From: Minisyncoccia bacterium
Lineage (GTDB): Bacteria; Patescibacteriota; Minisyncoccia; Phycocordibacterales; UBA9973
Direction: 5' to 3'
DNA length: 64,000 bases
Assembly (NCBI GenBank): GCA_049287045.1
Contig: JBAQFC010000010.1
Span: forward strand, 78,179 to 142,178
Part shown: one piece after another, positions 34,988-44,815 of the stretch
Numbering within the stretch: position 1 is the stretch's first letter
Layout: each line of letters opens with the position of its first letter
Program-made: the position numbers and the translations under genes
The notes under the pieces: generated by a model
The model's database searches: none
What the model was told of the DNA's origin: nothing
What the model saw: the letters and a program-made list of their open reading frames with translations, nothing else

Positions 34988-37546
34988 ATGAAAAAACTTT
35001 ACACATTATTATCGCTCTCCTTTATTATTATCGGATTAGGATTAAATGCCCAAAACTCTTGGTCCCCAAAAGCCCAATTCGGCGGCACAGGAAGAAGTGG
35101 TGCTGTGGCATTTTCCATTGGCGAAAAAGGCTATATTGGAACAGGAACTGATGGTTCTGCTAAACAGGATTTCTGGGAATGGGATGCAAATACAAATGTT
35201 TGGACTCAGAAAGCAAACTTTGGTGGAACTGCAAGATTTGGTGCGGTTGGCTTTTCAATTAATTCAAAAGGATATATAGGTACGGGCACAGATGGTGGAT
35301 ATTTTTACCAAGATTTTTGGGAATGGGATCAAAGCACAAACATATGGACACAGAAAGCAAACTTTTCCGGAGGCATCAGGAAAGAAGCGGTTGGGTTTTC
35401 CATTGGTGATAAAGGTTATATTGGTACAGGGAAAAAAAGTAGTATGACTTACGGAAAGGACTTTTATGAATATGATCCCTCCACAGATTCATGGACACAA
35501 AAAGCCGATTTTGGCGGAACTGCTAGAAATGGGGCAGTAGGATTTTTTATTAAAAATAAAGGCTATATTGGAACTGGTCATGATGTAAGTGGCCTTTTTC
35601 AAAAAGATTTTTGGGAATATGATCCCACAACAGATTCATGGACTCAAAAAACAAACTTTGGAGGAACTGAAAGGTATTTAGCGGTTGGGTTTTCCATTGG
35701 TAATAAAGGATATATCGGAACAGGATGGAGTTTTAATGCTTACAAACAGGATTTTTGGGAATATAATTCAAGTTCAGATGTTTGGATACAAAAAACAAAT
35801 TATTTATCAAATGTCCAAAGCCCTGTTGGCTTTGCTACGTGTACAAAAGGATATATCGGAACAGGAAGCGATAATTCTAATTCGTATAAAAGTTTTGCAG
35901 AATATACTCCAAGTATTCCAATAGCAGCGGCATTTACTCCAAGTCAAACAAGTTTCTGTGAAGCTGGTTGTATAAATTTTACTGATAACAGTACATGCGC
36001 CCCAACAAGCTGGAACTGGACATTTCCAGGAGGTACACCTAGCTCTTCATCAGTTCAAAATCCAAATAATGTTTGTTTTAATAATGCAGGAACCTATACT
36101 GTAACTTTGATAGCATCCACAGGAAACTGCTCATTTACAGCAACACAAGTAATAACAGTTAATTCATTGCCAATAATAACAGTTACTGGAATTGACACAA
36201 TTTGTATTGGTAATAATACTGCTCTCACCGCGTCAGGCGCAACAAATTATAGTTGGTCTCCTACTACTGGTTTAAGTAATGCAAATATTTCAAATCCTGT
36301 AGCTTCGCCAATAATAAATACTACATATACAGTTTCCGGAACAAATTCCAATGGATGTATTAATACAACCACAGAAAGCATTACAGTAAATGCATTGCCC
36401 ATAATTATTGCAAGCGGAACGAACACGATTTGTTTTGGAGACAGTGCAACGATCTCCGCATCAGCAGCCATAACATATAGTTGGGCACCTGGGGGGCAAA
36501 CTGACTCAAATAATTCGGTAAGCCCAATAACAACAACAACCTACACAGTTACGGGGACAGATGCTAATAGCTGTGCAAATACAGCGACGGTTGCAATCAC
36601 TGTAAACCAGCCTCCTAACCTTTCCCTTTCATCCAACAGCCCGCAATGCCCCGGTTCAAATTTGAATCTTTCTTCAAATCTGGTTTCAGGTGCTTCATAC
36701 AGCTGGACTGGTCCAAATAGCTTTTCTTCGGCTTATCAAAATCCTCTTACAATAATAGCCACAGTTGCAGATTCAGGATATTATTATTGCACTATAACAG
36801 GAACCAATGGATGTAGTTGGATGGACTCCCTTCTGGTTATAGTGAGTACAACGCCTCATGCCACTGTTACTGCCAGCGGTTCAACTACATTTTGTCAAGG
36901 AGACAGCGTGATTTTAACGGCAACCGCAGGAAATAGTTATGTATGGAGTACAAGTGATACGATACAAGCAATCACCGTAACTTCTGCCGGAAATTATTCT
37001 TGTACAGTTACTTCGCCAAATGGCTGTATTGGTGATGCCACAACAACTGCGGTTAATGTAGCGATTAATCCATTACCATCGGTACCGGCAATAACACAAA
37101 ATGGTTTTACACTTTCAAGTTCAGTTTCAGGAACAACATATAAATGGTATATGAATGGAATTTTACAAACATCCTACACAACTCAGTTTATAACAATTAC
37201 TTCAGCTGAAAATGGTAGTTGGTGGGTAGTAATAACAAACTCTTTCGGTTGTTCTTCAACTTCTCCATGGTTTAATTCAACTGTTGGAATAAATGAAATG
37301 ATGAATGTTTCGGGAATAACAATTTCACCAAACCCTTTCACTTCTCAAACTATAATTTCATTTAAACAAGAACAAAAAAACACTATTGTAAAAATAGCAG
37401 ATGTATTGGGTAAAGAAATAAAATCAATAATTTTTTCAGGTAAAGAATTGATTATAGAAAAAGGGGAGATGCCGGTAGGAATTTATTTTCTCGAAATAAC
37501 TGATGAAAATAAAAATGTGATTAATAGAAAAATTGTGGTGCAATAA
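34988..37546 (+). CDS. T9SS-secreted protein: signal peptide, about 6 beta-propeller-like repeats, Ig/PKD-like domains and a T9SS CTD. Paralogue of 29940-32768.
   Basis: Repeats 'WTQKA.FGGT.R..AVGFSI..KGYIGTG'. Repeated 'Y.WSP..G...TVN.LP' modules. CTD 'ISPNPFTSQTIISFKQEQKNT...GIYFLEI' nearly identical to the first protein's. Confidence 0.8.
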   Translation: MKKLYTLLSLSFIIIGLGLNAQNSWSPKAQFGGTGRSGAVAFSIGEKGYIGTGTDGSAKQDFWEWDANTNVWTQKANFGGTARFGAVGFSINSKGYIGTGTDGGYFYQDFWEWDQSTNIWTQKANFSGGIRKEAVGFSIGDKGYIGTGKKSSMTYGKDFYEYDPSTDSWTQKADFGGTARNGAVGFFIKNKGYIGTGHDVSGLFQKDFWEYDPTTDSWTQKTNFGGTERYLAVGFSIGNKGYIGTGWSFNAYKQDFWEYNSSSDVWIQKTNYLSNVQSPVGFATCTKGYIGTGSDNSNSYKSFAEYTPSIPIAAAFTPSQTSFCEAGCINFTDNSTCAPTSWNWTFPGGTPSSSSVQNPNNVCFNNAGTYTVTLIASTGNCSFTATQVITVNSLPIITVTGIDTICIGNNTALTASGATNYSWSPTTGLSNANISNPVASPIINTTYTVSGTNSNGCINTTTESITVNALPIIIASGTNTICFGDSATISASAAITYSWAPGGQTDSNNSVSPITTTTYTVTGTDANSCANTATVAITVNQPPNLSLSSNSPQCPGSNLNLSSNLVSGASYSWTGPNSFSSAYQNPLTIIATVADSGYYYCTITGTNGCSWMDSLLVIVSTTPHATVTASGSTTFCQGDSVILTATAGNSYVWSTSDTIQAITVTSAGNYSCTVTSPNGCIGDATTTAVNVAINPLPSVPAITQNGFTLSSSVSGTTYKWYMNGILQTSYTTQFITITSAENGSWWVVITNSFGCSSTSPWFNSTVGINEMMNVSGITISPNPFTSQTIISFKQEQKNTIVKIADVLGKEIKSIIFSGKELIIEKGEMPVGIYFLEITDENKNVINRKIVVQ

Positions 37547-37898
37547 TTTATAACCAAAATTGCTTTTTAAAGAACGAGAAGTAGACTTAAAATTTTTCTC
37601 TTTTTAAAATCTTTAATTTTTTTGTTTTCTTTTTATCCTGTTGTTTATCCTTTTGTTTTATGGCATCAATCCTTAGTTTGATGCCATTTATTGCATCAAT
37701 GAGGTCTATTTGTTTTTTAGAATTCATGTAAATACAGTAATGAAATTTTGTTTGGACAAATATATAAATTTCCCTAATTTTATAAATATTTGTAAAAACC
37801 AAAAGTCTGATTCGTTTCAGTCTTTTCTATTCATGTTTTATGTGGAAAATATTGGTCAATTAAATGGATTTTAGAGTAGTTGAAAGTTGTTATTATAA

Positions 37899-40511
37899 TT
37901 ATTCCACAATTGACTGAATAAATTTTTCAGTTTCCTTAATTTCTCTACGCATACCAAGTCGACGATATAAATCAAGGGACTCTCTAGCATATACGACAGA
38001 TTGTTTTAATCTTTCTGTATGAAGGCAAACAATCGCTATGTTAAATTTATCATTAGCGATATATCTGAGTTCTTTTCTTTCAGTGTCTAGTTCTAATGAT
38101 TTCAAAATATATTGTTCAGCCTCAATAAATTCATTTTGCTCTATTAAGATTGCACTGCGGCGATGTAAGACATGGGCCATCATTCGATTAGATTTTAATT
38201 TCTTCGCCCATTTTTCAGCTAAATCAAGCCATTTCCAAGCTTCATCGAAATTTTGGTTAGCAAATTCGACTTCAGAAAAGCGATATGTCCCCCAAAAATT
38301 TGATAATATATTATTAGAATCTTCACCTTTTTTTATGAGTATTTTTGCTAATTCTTCTGATTCGATTAATTTATCTTGCTTGAAGTAAATATGGGATAAG
38401 GTATACCAAGTTGTTACTAGGTCTTTATCATTATTACAATCAATGAATATTTTCTCTGCCGCTTTTAATCTTTTTATTAGTGATTCTTCATCATGACCAT
38501 GCTGTACTAAATAAAGTCTAGCCAATTGCAAGTGTACTTGACTTTGGCGAACTTCGTCATTAAGAGCGTGTGCCGCGGACATTGCCAAATTCAAAATTTC
38601 TAAAAATTCATGAAAAAGACTTTTCGTATACGCAAAGCTCCAAATTCCCTCTGCAATAAGAAATAAATTTTCCCATTCTTGCTGTCTGTTGCACCACCGG
38701 ATTGCTTCCAATAAGTGCGGATATTCATTTTCAATGTCTTCTTGATTTTTGGAATATAATTCTAAATCTGCACCCTTGTCATATGCAAAACGTACTAGCC
38801 ATTCAAGCCATTTATCAATAATTTGCTTACTATTAGTACCCTCAAATTGAGCACTTGAATATCTTTGCACAATAGGTAACACCCAGAACCGATCATGTTC
38901 ATTACGGTTTACGATGAATAGCCTTTGGAGTTGAGATAAACCTGCATCTCTATCTGCAATTGAAAGATTGGTTATATACCCCAAGGCATCCCTTGATGCA
39001 CCTGCATTTTGTTCAAAAAGGGAGCATCCCAACAACAGTATCAATGAATTTTGATCACGTTCTTGAACTAATTCAATTTGACCTTTAATACAGTATTCAG
39101 GTAAATCACCTATTGAGTTTCCTAACCACCTTTCAACTGAGTCAAAATTCTCTCCACTTGCCATCCGTGCAATACTTAACCTTATTGGTAAAGGTAGGCC
39201 TGCTGTCAATTCAAAAATTCTTTGACGCTGATTTATATCCAAGTTGATGTTTCGCGTATTCATGTCTTCAATAATAAGATTATCCGCTTCTGTTGAAGAA
39301 AGCCCCTTAAGGTTCAAAATATCTGCTACATCAAGCCATTCGCGTGATGTGATTATCGCTTTTGTTGGGGAAGGTAATTTTCTGAGGAAGGGCTTTATTC
39401 GTTTGTCTTTTACACTTTCTAAATTATCCATAACTAATAGTGTTCTTTTTTCTTTGAGTGCTTTTTCTACAAGGTTTTCTTGTTCTTCTGGTATTGCTCT
39501 AGTTATATACTCTTTTTCCATTACCCGCGCAATGACCGTATAGACATCTTCAAGAGTACGTAATATCAACTGAGGTAATGAAGCCATTTCTCTTCCTTGG
39601 GCAGTAAGAACTTCTTCTTTTGCTGAAATCCAAATTATATAATCAAATCTTTCCGATTCTGGCAACTCTTCATATTTTTCAATAAATTCACGTGCTATAG
39701 CCAAGGCTAAAGCACTTTTTCCAATCCCTCCGATTCCAGTTATGGCAATTTGCCATGAACGGTCAAAGGGTAATAAGCGATGTCTAAGCCAACTCAACTC
39801 TCGCTCGCGACCAATAAAATTTGTGTAATCAGGCTGAGGAAGATTGTGATACGGTTTAGGATGAGGAAGAGTCAAGGCTATGGGGGACGCATTTAGAAGG
39901 TTTGTGCCGAGAGTAGTAGTAAGCTGAATTAAAGCCTGCCGTATTTCAAAATTTATTTGTGTCATTGATTCTATGTGAATTTTTGCTAGCTCCACATGCT
40001 CTAATACTGCTTCTGTAGAAATTTTCTGAAATTGCAAAGCATAAATTTCACGAATTTCTTTTGTTCCAGGCAGAGTCCATAATTCTTCAACTATACATCG
40101 AAGTAAAAAGTCAACAGCTTTCTTTACTCTTTCTTTATTTACTCGATGAGGTAAAACATCTTCGAAATAATGATCCAAATTATTGCGTTCTTCAGGTTGC
40201 CATGCTCCAGGTCTCCTAATTAATCGAACCAATTCAATTTGGATACTTTCGGATTTTAAAAATTCTTCATCTTGGATAATGGATTCAACCAAATCTTCAT
40301 CTTGTAATGTATATTGAGAAACGAATCTTTCTAAACCTTTATTTATTGCTTTTTCAACTGAGTTATAAAATTCTCCTTCCGAAGATAGTTTTTTTATTTT
40401 TCCAGCAATTTGTTCATCGGCAAATTTTACTGCAAAATCGGCTAAAAGATTAACCAAAAAATCAGTTACATTTATCTTTAACTGGTCCGGAATAAAAAAT
40501 GATATGCCCAT
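37899..40511 (-). CDS. STAND NTPase (NB-ARC-like) with C-terminal TPR repeats and an uncharacterized helical N-terminal domain of about 200 aa.
   Basis: Walker A 'GIGGIGKSALALAIA'. Walker B 'LLVMDNLES'. TPR-like C-terminal third. Confidence 0.75.
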   Translation of the reverse strand: MGISFFIPDQLKINVTDFLVNLLADFAVKFADEQIAGKIKKLSSEGEFYNSVEKAINKGLERFVSQYTLQDEDLVESIIQDEEFLKSESIQIELVRLIRRPGAWQPEERNNLDHYFEDVLPHRVNKERVKKAVDFLLRCIVEELWTLPGTKEIREIYALQFQKISTEAVLEHVELAKIHIESMTQINFEIRQALIQLTTTLGTNLLNASPIALTLPHPKPYHNLPQPDYTNFIGRERELSWLRHRLLPFDRSWQIAITGIGGIGKSALALAIAREFIEKYEELPESERFDYIIWISAKEEVLTAQGREMASLPQLILRTLEDVYTVIARVMEKEYITRAIPEEQENLVEKALKEKRTLLVMDNLESVKDKRIKPFLRKLPSPTKAIITSREWLDVADILNLKGLSSTEADNLIIEDMNTRNINLDINQRQRIFELTAGLPLPIRLSIARMASGENFDSVERWLGNSIGDLPEYCIKGQIELVQERDQNSLILLLGCSLFEQNAGASRDALGYITNLSIADRDAGLSQLQRLFIVNRNEHDRFWVLPIVQRYSSAQFEGTNSKQIIDKWLEWLVRFAYDKGADLELYSKNQEDIENEYPHLLEAIRWCNRQQEWENLFLIAEGIWSFAYTKSLFHEFLEILNLAMSAAHALNDEVRQSQVHLQLARLYLVQHGHDEESLIKRLKAAEKIFIDCNNDKDLVTTWYTLSHIYFKQDKLIESEELAKILIKKGEDSNNILSNFWGTYRFSEVEFANQNFDEAWKWLDLAEKWAKKLKSNRMMAHVLHRRSAILIEQNEFIEAEQYILKSLELDTERKELRYIANDKFNIAIVCLHTERLKQSVVYARESLDLYRRLGMRREIKETEKFIQSIVE

Positions 40512-40541
40512 TTTTGTATTTTATTTATTTATCATTCATCA

Positions 40542-41450
40542 TTATTCACTTATTAAAGAGGCCACGCCTAAAATTCCCGCTTTGGTACCCAAAAATGATT
40601 TTTTTAAATTGAGTATCTTTGGAAGTTTGGTGGAATAAAATCCAAGGGATTCCAGGGTTTTGGTTTCAATTTGATTTATAATTTTTTCTTGATTGTTTAC
40701 CACCCCACCCCCCAATATTACTATTTCAGGATCAATAATAACTTGAATAAGTGCAATAATGAACCCAATTTGGTTTAACATTTTCTCTTTGATAAAACCT
40801 GCTTTTTCGTCACCACAATCTGCACGTTTTAGAATATCAGCAGTAGTTAGATTAGTACCAAACATATTAGAGGCATTATTGGATACACCACCTCCACTCA
40901 TTGAATCATTTAATGTTTCTGAATCTGCATTATGATTAATAATATGTGCTATTTGACCTGCCAAACCATGACTTCCCCTATAAACTTTATTATTTAGAAT
41001 TAAACCCAAACCTGTGGCTGTGCCAATAGATAAAAAGGCAATTGTTTCTTGTTTCTGATTAAGCCCGAATAAATATTCACCTATAGTTGCAGATACAATA
41101 TCATTTTCAATTTTAACAGGAATATTGTATTTTGCTTGCAAGATTTTTCTGAGTGGAATATTAGCGTAATTCTTCAGGATTCTACTTCCAATTACAATGT
41201 CTTGTTTATAGTCAATAAGACCAAAAGTACCCACCCCAATAGCATATATTGAGTAACCTTTTCCCATCATTTTATCAATGATTGAAATTATTTGGTTAAT
41301 TATTTTTTTTCCAGATTCACTTATATCTGTTGGCTCTTCTGCAAACAAAATAATTTCCCCTTTAGAAGAAATAATTCCCGATGCTATTTTTGTTTTTCCA
41401 ACGTCAATGCCTATAATAAAAGAGCTATCATTTAGGTACATCTCTAACAA
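40542..41450 (-). CDS. ROK-family sugar kinase.
   Basis: N-terminal 'IGIDVGKTKIASGI' (actin-fold ATP site) and ROK-typical glycine-rich segments. Confidence 0.7.
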   Translation of the reverse strand: MLEMYLNDSSFIIGIDVGKTKIASGIISSKGEIILFAEEPTDISESGKKIINQIISIIDKMMGKGYSIYAIGVGTFGLIDYKQDIVIGSRILKNYANIPLRKILQAKYNIPVKIENDIVSATIGEYLFGLNQKQETIAFLSIGTATGLGLILNNKVYRGSHGLAGQIAHIINHNADSETLNDSMSGGGVSNNASNMFGTNLTTADILKRADCGDEKAGFIKEKMLNQIGFIIALIQVIIDPEIVILGGGVVNNQEKIINQIETKTLESLGFYSTKLPKILNLKKSFLGTKAGILGVASLISE

Positions 41451-42249
41451 TGTTCATTATTTTATCGTGTAGTATTCCATTTGAAGCAATAAGGCTTTGT
41501 GCATTATTTCCAAATTCATTTCCGAAAATATCCGTAATGTGACCTCCTGCTTCTCTAAGTAATAAAACACCAGCTGCTGCACTAAATCCTCTAGATTTTA
41601 TACATATGTGTCCATCTAATTTCCCTGTGGCAATATATGCGAGTTCTAACGCCTGGCTTACAAATAGCCGCAGACCTCTGACATGGGGAGATACTTTATC
41701 TATTAATCCGATTATTTTTTTCCTATGTTCATCTGAGTAATGCGAAGTCATCATAAAAGAAAAAACACTATCTTTTAGTTCTGCTCTTGAGGATACGTGC
41801 AAAGGAGTTCCATTTAAAAAAGCGCCTTTATTTTTTACCACTGTATAAAGTTCATTAAATTCATTACTGAAAATTACCCCTAATATTGTTTCTCCATTTT
41901 TTTGCAAGGCCAACGACACTGAATAAAATGGCATTAGAGAAGAATAATTAATTGTACCATCAAGTGGGTCAATTACCCATATATATTCTTTTAAGCTATT
42001 TATTTCCGTTACTGTTTCCTCAGATTTAAATCCATGTCCAGGAAAACGAGAAGTAATTTCCGACATTATAGCTTTTTCACAAAGTAAATCAACTTCTGTA
42101 ACAATATCATTCAGATCCTTTCGCCTGGTTGAATAATCCTCATATTTATATGAATGTTGTATCTTGCCAGCCTTTCTAGCGGCTTGAATTGCAGTTTCCA
42201 AAAACTGATCTGTTTCTTGGTCAAAATTTGAATTTGTTTTTTTATTCAT
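41428..42249 (-). CDS. Inositol monophosphatase family protein.
   Basis: 'WVIDPLDGTINY' IMPase motif and 'GAFLNGTP'. Confidence 0.8.
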   Translation of the reverse strand: MNKKTNSNFDQETDQFLETAIQAARKAGKIQHSYKYEDYSTRRKDLNDIVTEVDLLCEKAIMSEITSRFPGHGFKSEETVTEINSLKEYIWVIDPLDGTINYSSLMPFYSVSLALQKNGETILGVIFSNEFNELYTVVKNKGAFLNGTPLHVSSRAELKDSVFSFMMTSHYSDEHRKKIIGLIDKVSPHVRGLRLFVSQALELAYIATGKLDGHICIKSRGFSAAAGVLLLREAGGHITDIFGNEFGNNAQSLIASNGILHDKIMNIVRDVPK

Positions 42250-42254
42250 AATTT

Positions 42255-42848
42255 TTATCCTTTTGACGAATTATTAAATGGTGTATTTTCATTAAATGCA
42301 TAAAGCTTGAGTCTTGTAAAGGGGGGTAAAGTAATTTGTCCGCTGAAATATAATTCATAGAGTTGAGAAAATGATTTTTCACACAAAACTATTTGTTGTA
42401 CGACTGCTGAAATAGCCTCATGAATTGAAACTCCGTTTGAGTAATTTATAATACCAGATTTTAACATTTTTCGCAAATGAAATTTACGAATATAAAATAC
42501 CGACAAAATATCAATTATTTGTCCAAGTGTTTCGTGATAAACTACTTGAATCCTAGAATTTGAAACTTTTATTATTTCTTTTTTTAAATAATTTTTATCA
42601 ATCATTTCGATTAGCTGATTTCTTTCGGAATTAGATGATTGAATTTTTCTAATTAAAATTAAAGCATCCTCATGAGATATTGACTTATCGCGGATGGCAT
42701 CTTCAAAATTCCACTGACGAAAATTGACGAAACATAACCTATCAATCAATTCAGCAATATTAGAATCAGAGGTAATTATTATTTCATAACCATTTTCACA
42801 GCTCTTGATAACTTGCTCCATTCCTAAACCAGGTAATAATAATTTCAC
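42255..42848 (-). CDS. Hypothetical protein, possibly nucleotidyltransferase-like.
   Basis: N-terminal 'MKLLLPGLGME' weakly recalls sugar-nucleotidyltransferase G-loops. Not secure. Confidence 0.3.
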   Translation of the reverse strand: MKLLLPGLGMEQVIKSCENGYEIIITSDSNIAELIDRLCFVNFRQWNFEDAIRDKSISHEDALILIRKIQSSNSERNQLIEMIDKNYLKKEIIKVSNSRIQVVYHETLGQIIDILSVFYIRKFHLRKMLKSGIINYSNGVSIHEAISAVVQQIVLCEKSFSQLYELYFSGQITLPPFTRLKLYAFNENTPFNNSSKG

Positions 42849-42869
42849 TTCGTTTTCCTCCTTTCCTGT

Positions 42870-43511
42870 TCACGTAAAATGTTTAATAAGATATGGCGAA
42901 TTTATCATTATTCTTTTAACCCCCAAACTTAAAACTCGATTAATTTGCTCACCATGGCTAACATCGCTTATAATTATTTTTTCAGCAGATACATTATAAG
43001 TGTTTTCATACAAATTATATGGAATTACATAAAAATCATTATCAACATTGGGAAAGTTTTTAAAATTCATGTATGCAAAAGATAATCCTACTTTTTGAAT
43101 AATTGGTTTTATTATCTCAATATCGAATGATAAAATAAAAAACTTGTTCTGGTCAAGCTTAGCGAAAGTTTCAAGCCAATATTTAAATGGACGTTTCCAC
43201 ATTAGGGGGTATTTAATATCTAAATATATTCGAACTTCCTTATCAGAAGCCCAATTAACTACATTGCTTAAGGTAGAAAATTCTTTCTTTTTTTCAGAAT
43301 GATTAGGATGCTGAACTTGAATTTCCAAACCATCAGCATCGTATAAGTCTATTTCAAAAGATTTATAACCCATTTCGTATCCTCTGTTAAATGATGAGGA
43401 AAGATTTTGTCTGCTGAAAATGTTTTGTGTTCGATGTAAAATTATTTCTTCAATCATATTTAAAAAGATCGTTTCTATTATTAAAATATAAAGATAATTT
43501 AAAAAGTGCAA
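42870..43511 (-). CDS. Glycerophosphodiester phosphodiesterase (GDPD)-like protein.
   Basis: 'HRTQNIF...GYEMGYKSFEIDLYDADGLEIQVQH' fits the GDPD 'HRG..EN..AF..A...G.D..E.DV..T.DG..VV.HD' pattern loosely. Confidence 0.45.
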   Translation of the reverse strand: MHFLNYLYILIIETIFLNMIEEIILHRTQNIFSRQNLSSSFNRGYEMGYKSFEIDLYDADGLEIQVQHPNHSEKKKEFSTLSNVVNWASDKEVRIYLDIKYPLMWKRPFKYWLETFAKLDQNKFFILSFDIEIIKPIIQKVGLSFAYMNFKNFPNVDNDFYVIPYNLYENTYNVSAEKIIISDVSHGEQINRVLSLGVKRIMINSPYLIKHFT

Positions 43512-43544
43512 ATGATTTCGGTCATATATTTATATTTGCCTTTT

Positions 43545-43740
43545 TTTAGGACTAGTTTGTGTGTAGTCTTTAAGGAAAGGGGTCGGGGAAATTCTTTCCC
43601 CGCAAGATAGCGTGTGGCGGTGTTTACCGTCCACACGCTATCTTGCTATGCAAGCTATGGGGCAAGAATAGGGCAGGGAAGAGCAGTGAAAGGCACTCAT
43701 AAACTATGCTCTTGCGGACACCGCACCTGACCAATTTTCA
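43545..43740 (-). promoter_or_regulatory. GC-rich structured element in the 5' region of the minus-strand operon. Candidate riboswitch/leader, or an intergenic repeat element.
   Basis: Perfect 16-bp hairpin GCAAGATAGCGTGTGG/CCACACGCTATCTTGC (43599-43646). Additional hairpins GGGGAAATTCTTTCCCC and GCGG..CCGC. GC well above the flanks. Confidence 0.3.
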
Positions 43741-43918
43741 TCCTAAAAAAAAGAAAAAAGTTTAAAGGACATGATCCATTTAGGCTATAAAATTGGAAAC
43801 TCCCTCACCCGGAATCTCTCTGTTTTAATATTGTTGACGGTCAACAAATAAAAAAAATTTCTAAAAGAAAAACCGATTTTTCACCTTAACTTGTTTAAAT
43901 TTCACTTTAATTATCTTC

Positions 43919-44803
43919 TTAAAAATATTTATTTAGCCAAGCAGTTATTTTTAAGGCTAATTCTTCTTCTTTAAAATGATAACTATGGTTTGCATCATTA
44001 ATTATTTCAAGACTAAAAAGACTAGAGTCCTTGATAGAATCAATAATCGCATCAGTGCATTTTTCCAAAGAATCAACTACGGCTTCTCCTTTTGTTGCAA
44101 AAGTTACAAGCAAGGGGCAATTAACGAACTCCATCCCTGCATGCTTCATTAACTGTATATCCGAATAAGTAAACATTCCTGTGTCTTTTGGGATGGACAA
44201 TAGGTTCAAAAATGATTTTGCAGTAATTAGATCATAATAGGAACCCTCTGGCATTAAATGGTTCTCATCGGCTGATAATAATTGTTTTGCTATTTCAAGG
44301 TCACTTGCAAAACGATTTCCAAATTCAGCATAATGTAATCCAAAATGGTCAGGTGGAGATATGAGTATTATACCATTAACTGATATTTGACTACGTGAAT
44401 AATAATAGATAACTTTCATCGCTCCTAAACTGTGTCCTTGCAATATAATCTTTGAATATCCCAATGACTTTACGTAGGATACCCAACTTTTTATATCTAT
44501 TTCACATTGTTGAAATATTTCTCTTATTCCTCCTATTCTTACCGATTCATATTTGTTTTCTTTTCTTATTTTAAAATCTGAGTAATAATCGCGTCCTCGT
44601 GTTCCAACAGATAAAAATGAAAACCCGTTTTTTGTAAACTGTTTTGACATTTCTGTCAAAAAGAAATTTTCATAAAAATTTCCATAAGATCCATGAATGT
44701 GTATAATACAAGCCTTTGAAGTAGATTTATCTATGGTGGAGCAATAAAATCCTTGAAGAATTAGTTGATCCTCTGTAGTTATTTGAATTAATTCGCCTTT
44801 CAT
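43919..44803 (-). CDS. Alpha/beta hydrolase (serine esterase/lipase-like).
   Basis: Nucleophile elbow 'GHSLGA'. Size and pattern of the alpha/beta-hydrolase fold. Confidence 0.7.
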   Translation of the reverse strand: MKGELIQITTEDQLILQGFYCSTIDKSTSKACIIHIHGSYGNFYENFFLTEMSKQFTKNGFSFLSVGTRGRDYYSDFKIRKENKYESVRIGGIREIFQQCEIDIKSWVSYVKSLGYSKIILQGHSLGAMKVIYYYSRSQISVNGIILISPPDHFGLHYAEFGNRFASDLEIAKQLLSADENHLMPEGSYYDLITAKSFLNLLSIPKDTGMFTYSDIQLMKHAGMEFVNCPLLVTFATKGEAVVDSLEKCTDAIIDSIKDSSLFSLEIINDANHSYHFKEEELALKITAWLNKYF

Positions 44804-44815
44804 TTTTTAAAATAT

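Noticed and set aside
37587-37802. ORF 37587-37802(-) between the T9SS gene and the STAND gene.
   Set aside because: Low-complexity Lys-rich translation in an AT-rich intergenic region. No RBS or context support.
38038-39543. Plus-strand ORFs 38038-38388 and 39244-39543 within the STAND gene.
   Set aside because: Antisense to a long, motif-supported CDS.
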